Positions 50,560 through 60,720 are shown, numbered from the stretch's first letter. The stretch is DNA of 64,000 nucleotides from Candidatus Xenobia bacterium (GCA_045863235.1 BTUM01000031.1:15623-79622); one strand, 5' to 3'. Notes: a model not told the origin generated them from the letters alone. Numbers and translations are program-made.

Positions 50560-52170
50560 ATGGCAAACTTGAATGATTGGGCCTCCAACAACGAGGGAGG
50601 ACCGGGCAGCGGCGGTCGCGCCCCCCTGCCTCCACCCCCTCGCAGCGGGTCCCTGCCCCCGCCCCCTCCACGCCCGAGCGCCCTGCCTCCTCCCCCGTCG
50701 GCAGCAACGCCCACTCCCAGCACCCTTCCGCCCCCGCCTTCAGCCCGGCCGGCCGGGGTGGGCACCTCCTGGCCAGCCTGGGGGGAGGAAGAGGAAGACG
50801 TTCGCAAACCTCTGCCCAAGACGCCTACCTCGAGTCAAAGCCGGCCAGCCGCCCGTGGAGGGCCGCCCGGCGCGGCCCCGAGCTGGCCAAGCTGGGCCGA
50901 GGAGGAGGAAGACGAAGGTCCTGCTCGACCGTCCGCCCGGGGCAAGTCCTCCGGTTGGGATTCGGAGAGCAAGGCATCCGGCCGTAGCTCCGCCTCATCG
51001 TCCATGCCGGCCTGGGCGGCCGATCAGCCCGAGGCCCAGGAAGGCTGGCTGACAAGCGCCCCGGCAGCGACGCCCAAAGGAGGGCTACCTCCGGTCGCCC
51101 CCCCGTCCGAATCCCAGGCCGAGGCCACCTCCTCGGCGGCCGTCTGGGAGAGCGATGGCTTGATGGGTCCGGCCACCATTCCGGTGGACGACTCCGACCC
51201 GCTGCCCAGCATGCGCCCCTCGGACGCACACAACAAGAAAATGCTGATGATCGCCGTGGGCCTGCTGCTGCTGGTGGTGGCCGGCCTGGGATTCATGCTG
51301 ACTCGCCCGGCTGCCAAGCCGGTGGCCGTCGCCACTGCCGACGTCCTGCAGCCCTCCGAGCTGATGGACAAAGCCCGGGGCATGGCCGAGAAGAAGAACT
51401 ACAAGGGTGCCTCGCTGGAAGCCGAGGCAGCGGCCACCATGCTCCAGGCCTCCCTGGACAAGGACCCGACCAACGCTGAGCTCAAAAAGCAGTGGATCCA
51501 GGCCGAAGAGCTGCTGGCCTCGATGTATCTCAAGTCAGAGCAGTTCGACCGGGCTTACAAAACCTACAAAGAGCTGCACAACAACACCGGCGTGAAGAAG
51601 TACGCCGCGTCCGCCCAGGAGGCCGAGAAGCTGCGCCTCAAGGCCATCCGCGCCGAGGGTCAGGCGAAGCTCGACCTGGCCAAACAGATGCTCAAGAGCA
51701 ACAACCCCGCCGGGGCCATCATGGAAGGTCTGCACGCCGAGCAGCTCTTCACCGACGGCAAGGGCACCAGCGCCCAGAGAGCGGCCGTCTGCTACACTCT
51801 CGGTCGGGCCTTCGAGGCCCAGCAGCAGGACGAGCGAGCCGAGGAGTATTACAAGAAGGCCGTGACCCTGGCTTACAACGGGGAGTATGCCGCCGCCCTG
51901 GCCCGGGTGCGCAGTCGCACCGCGCCGGTGATCGTCACCGCCCCCCAGGTTCAGGAAGTGGAAGTCGTCAATAGCGTGCCGCAGGGGCCTCGCAATGTGC
52001 GGCGTGTCGTTCGGCGACCCGCCCCTGCACCACCCCGCGTGGTCGCCCAGCCTCCGCCCCCGAAGCGCCCAACCGTGGCGGCCCCGCCCGTGAGCCGGCG
52101 CCCTCCCAAGAGCAGCGGGCCGCCCAAGTTCAGCTCCGATAACGACCCCAGCAAGTTCAAATACTATTAA
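50560..52170 (+). CDS. Pro/Ser-rich N-terminus + TM + TPR-like membrane protein
   Basis: TM MLMIAVGLLLLVVAGLGFML; YTLGRAFE...AEEYYKKAV TPR; GAGG upstream. Confidence 0.8.
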   Translation: MANLNDWASNNEGGPGSGGRAPLPPPPRSGSLPPPPPRPSALPPPPSAATPTPSTLPPPPSARPAGVGTSWPAWGEEEEDVRKPLPKTPTSSQSRPAARGGPPGAAPSWPSWAEEEEDEGPARPSARGKSSGWDSESKASGRSSASSSMPAWAADQPEAQEGWLTSAPAATPKGGLPPVAPPSESQAEATSSAAVWESDGLMGPATIPVDDSDPLPSMRPSDAHNKKMLMIAVGLLLLVVAGLGFMLTRPAAKPVAVATADVLQPSELMDKARGMAEKKNYKGASLEAEAAATMLQASLDKDPTNAELKKQWIQAEELLASMYLKSEQFDRAYKTYKELHNNTGVKKYAASAQEAEKLRLKAIRAEGQAKLDLAKQMLKSNNPAGAIMEGLHAEQLFTDGKGTSAQRAAVCYTLGRAFEAQQQDERAEEYYKKAVTLAYNGEYAAALARVRSRTAPVIVTAPQVQEVEVVNSVPQGPRNVRRVVRRPAPAPPRVVAQPPPPKRPTVAAPPVSRRPPKSSGPPKFSSDNDPSKFKYY

Positions 52171-52212
52171 CAGCAGTTTACAGTCTGTTCACATTTGATC
52201 CAGAACGGCAAC

Positions 52213-52241
52213 AAATCCCTGCCCCCCGGCGGGGATTTCTC
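52213..52241 (+). terminator. possible intrinsic terminator
   Basis: aaatccctgcc-cccc-ggcggggattt stem downstream of 50560..52170. Confidence 0.45.
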
Positions 52242-52284
52242 TTGTAGACTGAGTGCAAGAGAACTTGAAGCTTTGGAGGCCACG

Positions 52285-52437
52285 ATGCACCAGCCGTTCT
52301 ACCGCCGTCCTGCCCGCGAGCGCATCCGCAACGCCAACCGTCGTCTGCGTCAGGCACTGCAGGAGCCGATGGACCGGGTGCTGCTGTTGTCGTGCGCGCG
52401 CGACTACGTGCTGGGCCTCCTGCAACAGGCTCCCTGA
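52285..52437 (+). CDS. small hypothetical protein (50 aa)
   Basis: GGAGG RBS before ATG 52285; coding-like codon use. Confidence 0.5.
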   Translation: MHQPFYRRPARERIRNANRRLRQALQEPMDRVLLLSCARDYVLGLLQQAP

Positions 52438-52520
52438 CCCGGTCCTCAGTCCTCCCGAACCCCGAGCCGTCGTGCGCGACGGTTTACTTTTTTTTCAGGC
52501 CCGGTGGGGATCATGCCAGC

Positions 52521-53222
52521 ATGCTGATCCACACCCACGAAACCGTCCGTCCCTCGCTGGCCTGGGGCGTCCACCTGTTCACCGCCAGCGGGGTCCTGCT
52601 CGGCTTCCTGGGCCTCTGGAGCGCCCTGGAAGGGGACTTCGCGACCGCCTTCCTGTGGCTGCTGGGGGCCACCGTCGTGGATGCCGTGGACGGCTTTCTG
52701 GCCCGGGCCGTCCGGGTCGAGGAAGTCTTGCCCCAGATCGACGGACGCCGCCTGGACGATCTGGTCGACTTCGTGACCTACGTGGTGGTGCCGGCTTTCA
52801 TCATGGTCAAGGCGGGCCTGCTCTCCTGGCCCGAGCTGGCCGGTTTTCCTCTGATGGCCAGCGCGCTGGGCTTCTCCAACCAGGCGGCCAAGACCCAGGA
52901 CCATTACTTTCTGGGCTTTCCCAGCTACTGGAACATCGTGGCCCTCTACCTGTGGAGCTACCAGGCTCCCCCCTGGTTGGCGGGCCTGGTGGTGATAATC
53001 CTGTCCGCCCTCGTGCTGGTGCCCATTCGCTACATCTACCCCACCCGCACCGCCTGGGGCAAACCATTGACCCTGATCCTGTCGGCCCTCTGGACCCTGC
53101 AGCTGCTCTGGCTGCTGCTGCACCCCGGCCAGGGAGGCTGGCTCCTGCACCTGAGCCTGGTGTATCCGCTCTACTACCTGCTGGCCTCGCTCTATCTCCA
53201 CTTCCGCAAGGAGCCACAATGA
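52521..53222 (+). CDS. pcs: phosphatidylcholine synthase (CDP-alcohol phosphatidyltransferase family)
   Basis: VHLFTASG, DAVDGFLAR, DGRRLDDLVDF, KT.DHYFLGFPSYWN, YIYP. Confidence 0.85.
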   Translation: MLIHTHETVRPSLAWGVHLFTASGVLLGFLGLWSALEGDFATAFLWLLGATVVDAVDGFLARAVRVEEVLPQIDGRRLDDLVDFVTYVVVPAFIMVKAGLLSWPELAGFPLMASALGFSNQAAKTQDHYFLGFPSYWNIVALYLWSYQAPPWLAGLVVIILSALVLVPIRYIYPTRTAWGKPLTLILSALWTLQLLWLLLHPGQGGWLLHLSLVYPLYYLLASLYLHFRKEPQ

Positions 53223-53629
53223 GAACGCTGTTGCTCAGCTCGATGCTACTGGCGGCGGTGGCCGCTCAGGGGATGTTCGACCTGGTGCCAGGCCGCTGGA
53301 CGGGCCCGGTGCAGGGGCTGGAGCTCAGCCTGGAGATCGGCCCGCCGGATGAGAAGCTGATGGTCTGGTCCATCCGCCGTCCCGACCGCACTCCGGTCAA
53401 GGTGCGCGGGCACTACAAGGTGACCTCCGCCAAGCGGCCCACCTTCGCTGAGTTCCGCATCGTCGAGGTGGACGGCTCAACCGAAGCCACCCTGCAGGGG
53501 GTGCGCCTGGCCGCCGGCAGGTCGGTGCGCATCGGCCTGGACCATCCCGAGGCGGACACTCTGCAATTGGACGTATTCCACGAGGACCTGTCCCACGCGT
53601 TTCGGGCCGACCTGAAGAAGCAGCCCTGA
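53219..53629 (+). CDS. secreted beta-barrel-like hypothetical protein
   Basis: AAGGAG RBS, ATGA overlap, signal peptide, GRW motif. Confidence 0.7.
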   Translation: MRTLLLSSMLLAAVAAQGMFDLVPGRWTGPVQGLELSLEIGPPDEKLMVWSIRRPDRTPVKVRGHYKVTSAKRPTFAEFRIVEVDGSTEATLQGVRLAAGRSVRIGLDHPEADTLQLDVFHEDLSHAFRADLKKQP

Positions 53630-53635
53630 AACGGA

Positions 53636-53665
53636 AGGAGCGCCGGGGAAATCTCCGGCGCTCCT
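53636..53665. terminator. hairpin terminator between convergent genes
   Basis: aggagcgccgg...ccggcgctcct 11-bp stem. Confidence 0.7.
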
Positions 53666-53754
53666 CTGTCGTCAAGGCCTGAGCAGAATTCTAGCGCAGT
53701 GATGCAAAAGTGCTCGAAGAGGGCTTATGCATCACTCCTGCGCTCAACAGCCGG

Positions 53755-55311
53755 CTAGACGGCGACCTTGTTGCGCTCGATCTTCATCTTGCCGTCTTCC
53801 CAGGTGACGATCCCGATGTACGGGCGGCCGTCCTTGTCGAAGCGATCGGCCGGCTTCATCACGTAGTTGGGCTCGTTGTAGCGGATGCGGCCCTCGGCGA
53901 TGTAGCGCTTGAGGTTGTTCTCGGTGCGCTGGCGCAGCGAGACATCCTTGCCCAGCGACTCGCGGCTGTCAACCGGAATCTTGAGCTCGGCGCCCTGGAA
54001 CATGCCGAAGTCGTTGCCGCTGAGGGTGAGGCGCAGGTTGCGCACCGGGCCCTCGTCCTCGCCGAGCAGGCTCTTGGTAGGCGGGTTGGGATCGGTGGGC
54101 GGGTCGCTCGGCGGCTCCTCGGGCGGCGGCGGAGGCGGCGGCGGCTCGGCCACCAGGATCTCGCGCTTGACCATGACCTCCTGAATCAGGTCGGCGTACT
54201 CGCCGTTGTTCAGGTTGCGATCGGAGGAGACGAAGGCGTTGGCCATGTCGCGGAAGGTGAACTCGCCCCGCGGAGCCTCGGCCATCAGGTTGGCCAGCAC
54301 TTTCAAGCCGTCGTCGGCCGTCTTGGCCAGCGCTTCGGCCGTGGTCAGACCGGCCGCTTTGTTGCGCTCGTTGATGCCATTGAGAATGTCGTAGAAAGCG
54401 CCCGACCAGAGGCGCGAGAAGTTGTGCACCTCGCTGCCGAGTTCGTCGGGGTTGGGCGGGTTGAAGGGCAGCTCGGCCGGGTCCTTCCAGGTGAAGCTGT
54501 TGACCGCGTTGCGGGTCCAGTTCCCGCCGGTGCGATTCTTCTTGGTCTCGTCGTTGATGGCGATGCCCAGCTCTTCGCCCAGGGCCGACATGATGTTCTT
54601 CTTGGACAGGTCGCCGCCGGTCTCGATCAGGACGCGGGACCGGGTGCGCTCGTCCTTCAGGGCGAACAGCATGGCCAGTTTGTCGCCGAAGGACTCGTGG
54701 AAGGCGCCCACATCGGGGGCCCAGGCGTCGAAGTAGTCAGGGCGCAGACCGTCGAGGATGGCGTGGCCGACCTCGTGGGCCACCACCTCGCCCGAGTCGC
54801 CGGAGTAGACGTCACGGCCGAGCACCGCGTCGTGGTGGTGGAAGAAGTTCACCGAGCGCTCGTCGCGCGCGTAGTAGGCATTGATCATGTCGCCGCCATC
54901 GGCGTTGACCTCCAGCTTGTGGTCGCCGAAAGCCCAGGCGATCGGCTGGCCGGTGGCCTGCTCGAAGATCTCGACGGTCTTGGCCACGCCCGAGAAGGTG
55001 ACGGCGGCGTGATGGCGGTGGTCACAGGTGGGGAAGTGGAAGCCGCCCTCCTCGTTGGCGGTCAGTCCGCCGTTGAGCTTGGCCCGGTCGACTTCGGGTC
55101 CGCTCTCTCCGACCAGCACGTTCTTGACGGTGGTGGAGGTGGGAGCAAAGACGGCCGGATCCTGGGGGTTAAAGCTGAAAACGGTATCCTTGGGCTGGGG
55201 CGGAGCCGGGGGCTCGGGCTCGGGCGGGGTGGGCGGGCAGGGCGGATTCTCATCCTGGGCGCGCACCGGCAGAGCGTAACTGAAGTTGGAGGGGGCCAGT
55301 GTCTGTATCAT
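53755..55311 (-). CDS. thermolysin-like (M4/M36-like) zinc metallopeptidase, paralog of 5662..7425
   Basis: INAYY, VVAHEVGHAILD, GAFHESFGD, EVHNFSR; AGAGGAG RBS. Confidence 0.88.
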   Translation of the reverse strand: MIQTLAPSNFSYALPVRAQDENPPCPPTPPEPEPPAPPQPKDTVFSFNPQDPAVFAPTSTTVKNVLVGESGPEVDRAKLNGGLTANEEGGFHFPTCDHRHHAAVTFSGVAKTVEIFEQATGQPIAWAFGDHKLEVNADGGDMINAYYARDERSVNFFHHHDAVLGRDVYSGDSGEVVAHEVGHAILDGLRPDYFDAWAPDVGAFHESFGDKLAMLFALKDERTRSRVLIETGGDLSKKNIMSALGEELGIAINDETKKNRTGGNWTRNAVNSFTWKDPAELPFNPPNPDELGSEVHNFSRLWSGAFYDILNGINERNKAAGLTTAEALAKTADDGLKVLANLMAEAPRGEFTFRDMANAFVSSDRNLNNGEYADLIQEVMVKREILVAEPPPPPPPPEEPPSDPPTDPNPPTKSLLGEDEGPVRNLRLTLSGNDFGMFQGAELKIPVDSRESLGKDVSLRQRTENNLKRYIAEGRIRYNEPNYVMKPADRFDKDGRPYIGIVTWEDGKMKIERNKVAV

Positions 55312-55456
55312 GTCTGTGTTTCTCCTCTGGTGGTGTCCGCACCGAGGATAAACGACGTGGGCTCGGGGGTCTTGTTCGGCGAGGTTAACAGCCGGTCATG
55401 CCACCCTGAAAATTGCCTGAAAGGGGGCGGACGGCCCCACGGCAAAGCACCCGGGC

Positions 55457-56209
55457 ATGTTCGCCCAGATCGTCGAAGGACTCCGCTCCCTGGTCATCTC
55501 CGACCGTGCCGCGACGCTGGAGGAGCGCCGCAAGATGGCGCGCATCCAGTGCAATTTCCCCGTGCGCGTGCGGGCCGGCTCGAAGTTCCTGCAGGCCCGT
55601 GTCACCAACCTGGGGGTGGAGGGGATGCGGCTCAAAGGCACCCAGTCCTTCCCGAAGGGCACCCCCGTGACGGTGGTCTACCAGCACCAGTCTTCCTTCG
55701 AGGAGCTCAGCTCGGTGGACGGCCACGTGGCCTGGGTCCGCCGAGCGCCGCGTAGCAACGAGGTCCTGATGGGCATCCGCTACGAGTACACCCAGCGCAA
55801 CTGGGTCGACTTCGTGCTGGGCCTGATCGGCATGACCGACGAGTCGGTCTTCCAGCGCCGCCGTTTCGTGCGGGCCGAGGGGTTGATGGCCGCGAAGCTC
55901 TCCGTGCCGGGCCGCATCCCCCCCCAGAAGTGCTGGGTGATCAACCTGAGCCTGGGAGGAGCGCTGGTCGACTCCCCCACCATGCTCGGGCCGGGGGCCA
56001 CCGTCAAGCTCGACCTGGGCCCGGTGGGGAAGCTGCGGCCGGTATCGGTGCTGGGCCTGGTCCGGGAGTCGCGCGAGTCCGACAGCGGTCAGAGCTTCCA
56101 ACTGGGCCTGGAGTTCAGCAACCTGGACGCGCCCGGCACCAGGGCTCTGGGACGCTACGTCATCTGGTCGCTCAAGGAGAGCGCCAACAACGCCCCTCCG
56201 CCTACATGA
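55457..56209 (+). CDS. tandem PilZ-domain (c-di-GMP receptor) protein
   Basis: ERRKMAR...NLGVEG and QRRRFVR...NLSLGG. Confidence 0.85.
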   Translation: MFAQIVEGLRSLVISDRAATLEERRKMARIQCNFPVRVRAGSKFLQARVTNLGVEGMRLKGTQSFPKGTPVTVVYQHQSSFEELSSVDGHVAWVRRAPRSNEVLMGIRYEYTQRNWVDFVLGLIGMTDESVFQRRRFVRAEGLMAAKLSVPGRIPPQKCWVINLSLGGALVDSPTMLGPGATVKLDLGPVGKLRPVSVLGLVRESRESDSGQSFQLGLEFSNLDAPGTRALGRYVIWSLKESANNAPPPT

Positions 56210-57137
56210 ACCGATCGACCCCCTGGACCCCCTGTGAGCGCCGGTCCTCGGCGTAACGGTAGGGCTCGTCGAGCAGCTCGTTGACCCGGTCCATCACCAG
56301 GTCGGTGACGGCTCGAAAGCGCTCGCCGTGCTGGCGGGCGGCCCCTCGCGTAAGCGGCATGAACGGCTCGTCGATGCGATAGGGGGCCAGCTCGGGACTG
56401 TCAGGCTCGATCGGCTTGCCGATGCGGTAGACGATGCGCCCTCCTCGCGACAAGGGGTAGTTGTCTGGATAGACCCGATCCGAGCCATTGCACCCGATGG
56501 GCACGATGGGCACCCTCAAGTGCAGCGCCGTCTGGGCGATGCCGGTATGACCCTCGGAGAGACGCCGGCTGCGGGTGCCCTGAGGGAAGACCAGCACGTT
56601 GGTCCGGTGCTCGAACAGGGCCTCCTGGTTGAGTCGGTCGATCTCGCCCACCATGGCCTCCCAGCGCTCTTCGAACCGCTCCAGGTAGCCCTGGCCCAGT
56701 TCCGGAGGAAGCTGCGAGGAGTCGCCCGAGTCGAGGGCGTCGCGGATGGCCCGATACTCGCTGTCTGACGGGCGCCGGCCGGCCGCCCGGCGAAAGTCGT
56801 GGGTCAGTAGATAGCCCCGCGAGGGCAGGGGAATGTTGTTGGTGCACTCGAGAAAGAAGGACACGAAGCGATTGTGGTAGTACTTCCCCTTGACCCAGGT
56901 GGCCGTGAACGGGCGCTTGTTGAGGTAGAAGAGATACTGCAGCGGGAAGTAGTTGTACATGTCGGTGTGGTTCATCCCCAGCAAGCAAGGTTGGTCGGGC
57001 AGGTTCTCCAGGCCCTCCAGCACCAGCTCGGTCTTGGGGATGGCGAAATTCCAGCGCAACAAGCAATGGGCCACGACGAGGTGACCCCAAGGAACGCGGC
57101 TGAGGCGCACTTTCTTGAGTCGGGCCAGATCCAGCAT
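56202..57137 (-). CDS. lysophospholipid/glycerol acyltransferase (PlsC-like)
   Basis: NHTDMYN, VFPQGTRS, PIVPIG; true start ATG 57137 within long ORF. Confidence 0.85.
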   Translation of the reverse strand: MLDLARLKKVRLSRVPWGHLVVAHCLLRWNFAIPKTELVLEGLENLPDQPCLLGMNHTDMYNYFPLQYLFYLNKRPFTATWVKGKYYHNRFVSFFLECTNNIPLPSRGYLLTHDFRRAAGRRPSDSEYRAIRDALDSGDSSQLPPELGQGYLERFEERWEAMVGEIDRLNQEALFEHRTNVLVFPQGTRSRRLSEGHTGIAQTALHLRVPIVPIGCNGSDRVYPDNYPLSRGGRIVYRIGKPIEPDSPELAPYRIDEPFMPLTRGAARQHGERFRAVTDLVMDRVNELLDEPYRYAEDRRSQGVQGVDRFM

Positions 57138-57200
57138 GGGGGCTCGCCTTCGTTGCCGGTCGGGGGGGACCCTGGTAACCCGCGGCGAAGCCACGGGGCA

Positions 57201-59549
57201 ATGCCCGCAGCCCCCAGGGCGCCCTCGCCCGACATCGCGCGCCTCTTTCCGTTCCCTCTGGACGACTTCCAGGTAGAGGCCATGGAGTCCATTGCGGCCG
57301 GCGAGAACGTGGTCGTGTGCGCTCCCACCGGCTCGGGCAAGACGGCCATCGCCGAGTATGCTCTGCACCGGGCCCACCAGCGCCAGCTGCGCTGCTTCTA
57401 CACCACGCCGCTGAAGGCGCTCTCCAATCAGAAGTTCCACGACCTGCAGCAGCTGTTCGGAGAGGACCAGGTGGGCCTCTTGACCGGGGACATCTCGGTA
57501 CGCCGCGATGCCCCCATCGTGGTGATGACCACCGAGGTCTTCCGCAACATGCTCTACGGCACCATCCTGGGCGACGTGCACGCCAACCTGCAGGGAGTGG
57601 TCTCGGTGATCCTCGACGAGTGCCACTACATGAACGACGTCGAGCGGGGCACCGTGTGGGAGGAGTCGATCATCTACTGCCCGCGCGAGATCCAGCTGGT
57701 GGCACTTTCGGCCACGGTGGCCAACGCCCCCGACCTGGTGGACTGGATCTCGGCCACCCACGCCCCCACCCGCCTGATCCAGAGCGACTACCGCCCGGTT
57801 CCCCTGAAGTTCTACTACTACTTCAAGTCGCTCAAGCCGCTCTTGAGCGAGTCCGGCTCGCTCAATCCGGCCCTTCGCCAGATCTCCCCCCCGCCCAAAC
57901 GAGACGGCTTTCGCAAGCCCAAGAAGGAGGACCGTCCCGAGAAGGTCAGCCCTGAGAACGTGGTGCGGGCCCTGGCCGAGCGCGAGATGCTGCCGGCCAT
58001 CTACTTCGTCTTCTCGCGCCGGGGCTGCGAGCTGGCCCTGCGCGCCTCTCAGGGCGCGGTCACCCTCACCCTGGCCGAGGCCGATGCCATCAAAGCCTCG
58101 CTCAAGGACTTCCTGCGCGATAACCCCTTCCTGATCGATCATCCCCACCTCCCCTACCTGCGCCAGGGCCTGGCGGCCCACCACGCGGGCCTTCTGCCCC
58201 CCTGGAAGTCGCTGGTGGAGCGACTCTTCCAGCAGGGCCTGATCAAGTGCGTGTTCGCCACCGAGACGCTGGCCGCGGGCATCAACATGCCCGCCCGAAC
58301 CACGGTCATCTCGGCCATCTCGAAGTACTCCGACGAGGGCCACCGTCCCATGACCGCCAGCGAGTTCCTGCAGATGTCGGGCCGGGCCGGCCGCCGGGGG
58401 ATGGACACGGTAGGGCACGTCGTGGTCGTGCACCATCCCATGGAACGAGTCGAGGAGGCGGCCAAGCTGGCCCGGGCCGAGGCCGATCCCCTGCTGTCGC
58501 GCTTCACTCCCAGCTACGGGATGGTGCTCAATTTGTTGCAGCACCACTCGCTGGAAGAGTGTCGCCAGCTGGTGGAGCGCTCCTTCGGACAGTTCCTGGC
58601 CGAGCGGGTCAAAGGCTCGCTGGGCACCCGCTCGCTGAGCCTGCAAAAGCGTGTCGAGGAGCTGTCACGCCCGCTCTGCCCCGAGCGTCCCGGCGACCTT
58701 CCCGCCTATCACAAGCTCAAGGACAAGGAGCGCAGCCTGCACCGTCAGATCGAGGCCATGAGCCGGGGGATCCGCCCGGGCAATCGCGGCCTCAAGGAAG
58801 CCATCGCCCAGCTCAAAGACCAGAAGCAAGACGTGCGGGGGATGATGGAGCGCACCCCCTGCCACGAGTGCCCGGTGCGGCGTCCCTGCGGTCACAACCA
58901 CGCCATGCTGGCCGAGCTGACCCGCGAGAAAGGCGACCTGGGGAAGCTGGCTCGCCGGGTGGAGACGCCCTACTGGAAGCAGTTCACCCGCCTCAAGGAC
59001 CTGCTCGAGGCGCTGGGCTACATGCAAGACGACAGGCCGACCGAGCTCGGCCTGCTGGCGGCCTACCTGCGGGGCACCAACGTGGTGCTGCTGACCGAGG
59101 TGGCCCGCTCGGGCATTCTCGAGCGCCTCAACGCCGCCCAGCTGGCGGCGGTCATGACCGCTCTCTTGACCGAGGATACCCGCCAGGTGCCGGGCATCCG
59201 GCTGGCTCCCTCCACGCCGGCCCGCCGGGCCGTGGGCGAGGTGCAGAAGGTGGCCGAGGCGGTGCTGCGCTGGCAGAAGCGCTTCGAGGTGGAGGTGCCG
59301 GCCATGGTCAACCCGGTCTTCTCGGGCCTGGCCGAGGCCTGGGCCGAGGGGGCCACCTGGGAAGAGGTGCGCGACCGGGCCGGCATGGACGAGGGGGATG
59401 TCGTGCGCGCCCTGCGCCGCACGCTGGACATGGCCCGCCAGTGGTCGCGGGCTCCCGGGCTGCCGCCGGTGCTGGGCGAGCGCTGTCGCGAGGTGGACGA
59501 GCGCATCGGGCGCGATCAGGTCAAGGCGTCGCTGCTGGTGATCGAGTAG
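57201..59549 (+). CDS. Ski2/HelY-like DEAD/DEAH-box RNA helicase with DSHCT domain
   Basis: APTGSGKT, PLKALSNQK, DECHYM, ATETLAAGINMPA, QMSGRAGRRG, DEGDVVR. Confidence 0.93.
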   Translation: MPAAPRAPSPDIARLFPFPLDDFQVEAMESIAAGENVVVCAPTGSGKTAIAEYALHRAHQRQLRCFYTTPLKALSNQKFHDLQQLFGEDQVGLLTGDISVRRDAPIVVMTTEVFRNMLYGTILGDVHANLQGVVSVILDECHYMNDVERGTVWEESIIYCPREIQLVALSATVANAPDLVDWISATHAPTRLIQSDYRPVPLKFYYYFKSLKPLLSESGSLNPALRQISPPPKRDGFRKPKKEDRPEKVSPENVVRALAEREMLPAIYFVFSRRGCELALRASQGAVTLTLAEADAIKASLKDFLRDNPFLIDHPHLPYLRQGLAAHHAGLLPPWKSLVERLFQQGLIKCVFATETLAAGINMPARTTVISAISKYSDEGHRPMTASEFLQMSGRAGRRGMDTVGHVVVVHHPMERVEEAAKLARAEADPLLSRFTPSYGMVLNLLQHHSLEECRQLVERSFGQFLAERVKGSLGTRSLSLQKRVEELSRPLCPERPGDLPAYHKLKDKERSLHRQIEAMSRGIRPGNRGLKEAIAQLKDQKQDVRGMMERTPCHECPVRRPCGHNHAMLAELTREKGDLGKLARRVETPYWKQFTRLKDLLEALGYMQDDRPTELGLLAAYLRGTNVVLLTEVARSGILERLNAAQLAAVMTALLTEDTRQVPGIRLAPSTPARRAVGEVQKVAEAVLRWQKRFEVEVPAMVNPVFSGLAEAWAEGATWEEVRDRAGMDEGDVVRALRRTLDMARQWSRAPGLPPVLGERCREVDERIGRDQVKASLLVIE

Positions 59550-59647
59550 AGCTCTGCCGTCCACGCAGCTGGGCCATCGCGCCAGCCAGCTCCTATCGGC
59601 CTGCTCCCGGTTTTCGGTCAGGGCATCGGAGTGCTGGTCAGATAGAC

Positions 59648-59783
59648 GATCTGCTCCAGGCCCGCGAAGATTTGGGGTGTGGAGCGGCATCGGGTTGGCC
59701 GCGGCGATCGAGGGCTGGATCTGCTCCAGGCCCGCGAAGATTTGGGGTGTAGAGCGGCATCGGGTTGGCCGCGGCGATCGAGG
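59648..59783. repeat. intergenic direct duplication, 66 bp x2 (period 70)
   Basis: gatctgctccaggcccgcgaagatttggggtgt[g/a]gagcggcatcgggttggccgcggcgatcgagg at 59648 and 59718. Confidence 0.95.
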
Positions 59784-59861
59784 CGATAAGCAGGTCGGCA
59801 GGGCGGGCCCGGCAGGCAGCCCCGCGGAGGTTTCGCCGACGATTCTAGCCAACCTTGCACC

Positions 59862-60641
59862 ATGCTGGCGTTGCTCGTGACCCTGGCAAGCCTGGTCTGC
59901 GCCCTGTGGGCCTATCGCCTGGGCCGGACGCGCTTCTGGCTGGTGGGATACATCCTCCCCCTGGCGATCATCCTGGCCATCGGCTGGATCCGCCAGACCA
60001 ATGCCGACTTTGAGTGGCCCTGGACGATCATGATGAGCGGGCGGCGCGAGTTCGTGCTGCTGGCTCTCTCGATCGCGACGCTGCTGGTCACCCCTCTCTC
60101 GCGCCTGCCCACCGCTCGCAATCGCCGGGCGGTAATCATTCTCACGGTAATTCTGGCTGGCTACGCGGGAGTCTATCCCTTCCTGAGCCCCGCCCTGTCG
60201 CGCTTGCAGATCGAAGCCATGCAGACCCGCCTCGACGCGGACGGCGTCTGTCTGCAGAACAGCAGCTACACCTGTGGACCGGCGGCCGCGGTCACGGTGC
60301 TCCGGCGCCTGGGAGTGGAGGCAGATGAGCGTCCCCTGGCGCTGGAATGCGGCACCTGCCCGGCCACAGGCACTCCCTGCGATCAGCTGGCCGAAGGGAT
60401 CGAGCGGCTCTACCCGGAGGTGGAGTGCCGCTTTCAGCGCTTTGAGCAGGCCTCGGACATGCCGGTCGACACGCTGGCGGTCGTGCGCCTGGGACCCTTC
60501 GTCGATCACTATGTGGCCGTGCTGGAGGTGAGCTCCGACCGGGTGGTGCTGGGTGATCCGCTGGATGGGAAACGGACCATGTCGCACCTGGAGCTGGAGG
60601 CCAGCTGGCGCGGGTTGGGGCTGGTATTGAGCCGGCGATAG
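59862..60641 (+). CDS. membrane protein with C-terminal peptidase C39-like domain
   Basis: Four TMs then QNSSYTCGPAA (Q...C), HYVAV, GDP. Confidence 0.85.
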   Translation: MLALLVTLASLVCALWAYRLGRTRFWLVGYILPLAIILAIGWIRQTNADFEWPWTIMMSGRREFVLLALSIATLLVTPLSRLPTARNRRAVIILTVILAGYAGVYPFLSPALSRLQIEAMQTRLDADGVCLQNSSYTCGPAAAVTVLRRLGVEADERPLALECGTCPATGTPCDQLAEGIERLYPEVECRFQRFEQASDMPVDTLAVVRLGPFVDHYVAVLEVSSDRVVLGDPLDGKRTMSHLELEASWRGLGLVLSRR

Positions 60642-60720
60642 GAGGCTTGCTCATGACCAGAGGGGGCCCTACACTGGTGGGGTGATCCTCTGCTCTATCA
60701 CGAAGGCGGGCAGGCGGTAA

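Noticed and set aside
52253..53218. N-terminal part of ORF 52253..53629
   Set aside because: Alternative frame over pcs; the real gene starts at ATG 53219 with RBS and signal peptide
57138..58646. N-terminal 500 aa of ORF 56202..58646 as a fusion to the acyltransferase
   Set aside because: It is antisense to the helicase; the acyltransferase starts at ATG 57137
59862..60641. Bacteriocin/RiPP cluster around the C39-like peptidase
   Set aside because: No ABC transporter, precursor peptide or modification enzyme nearby
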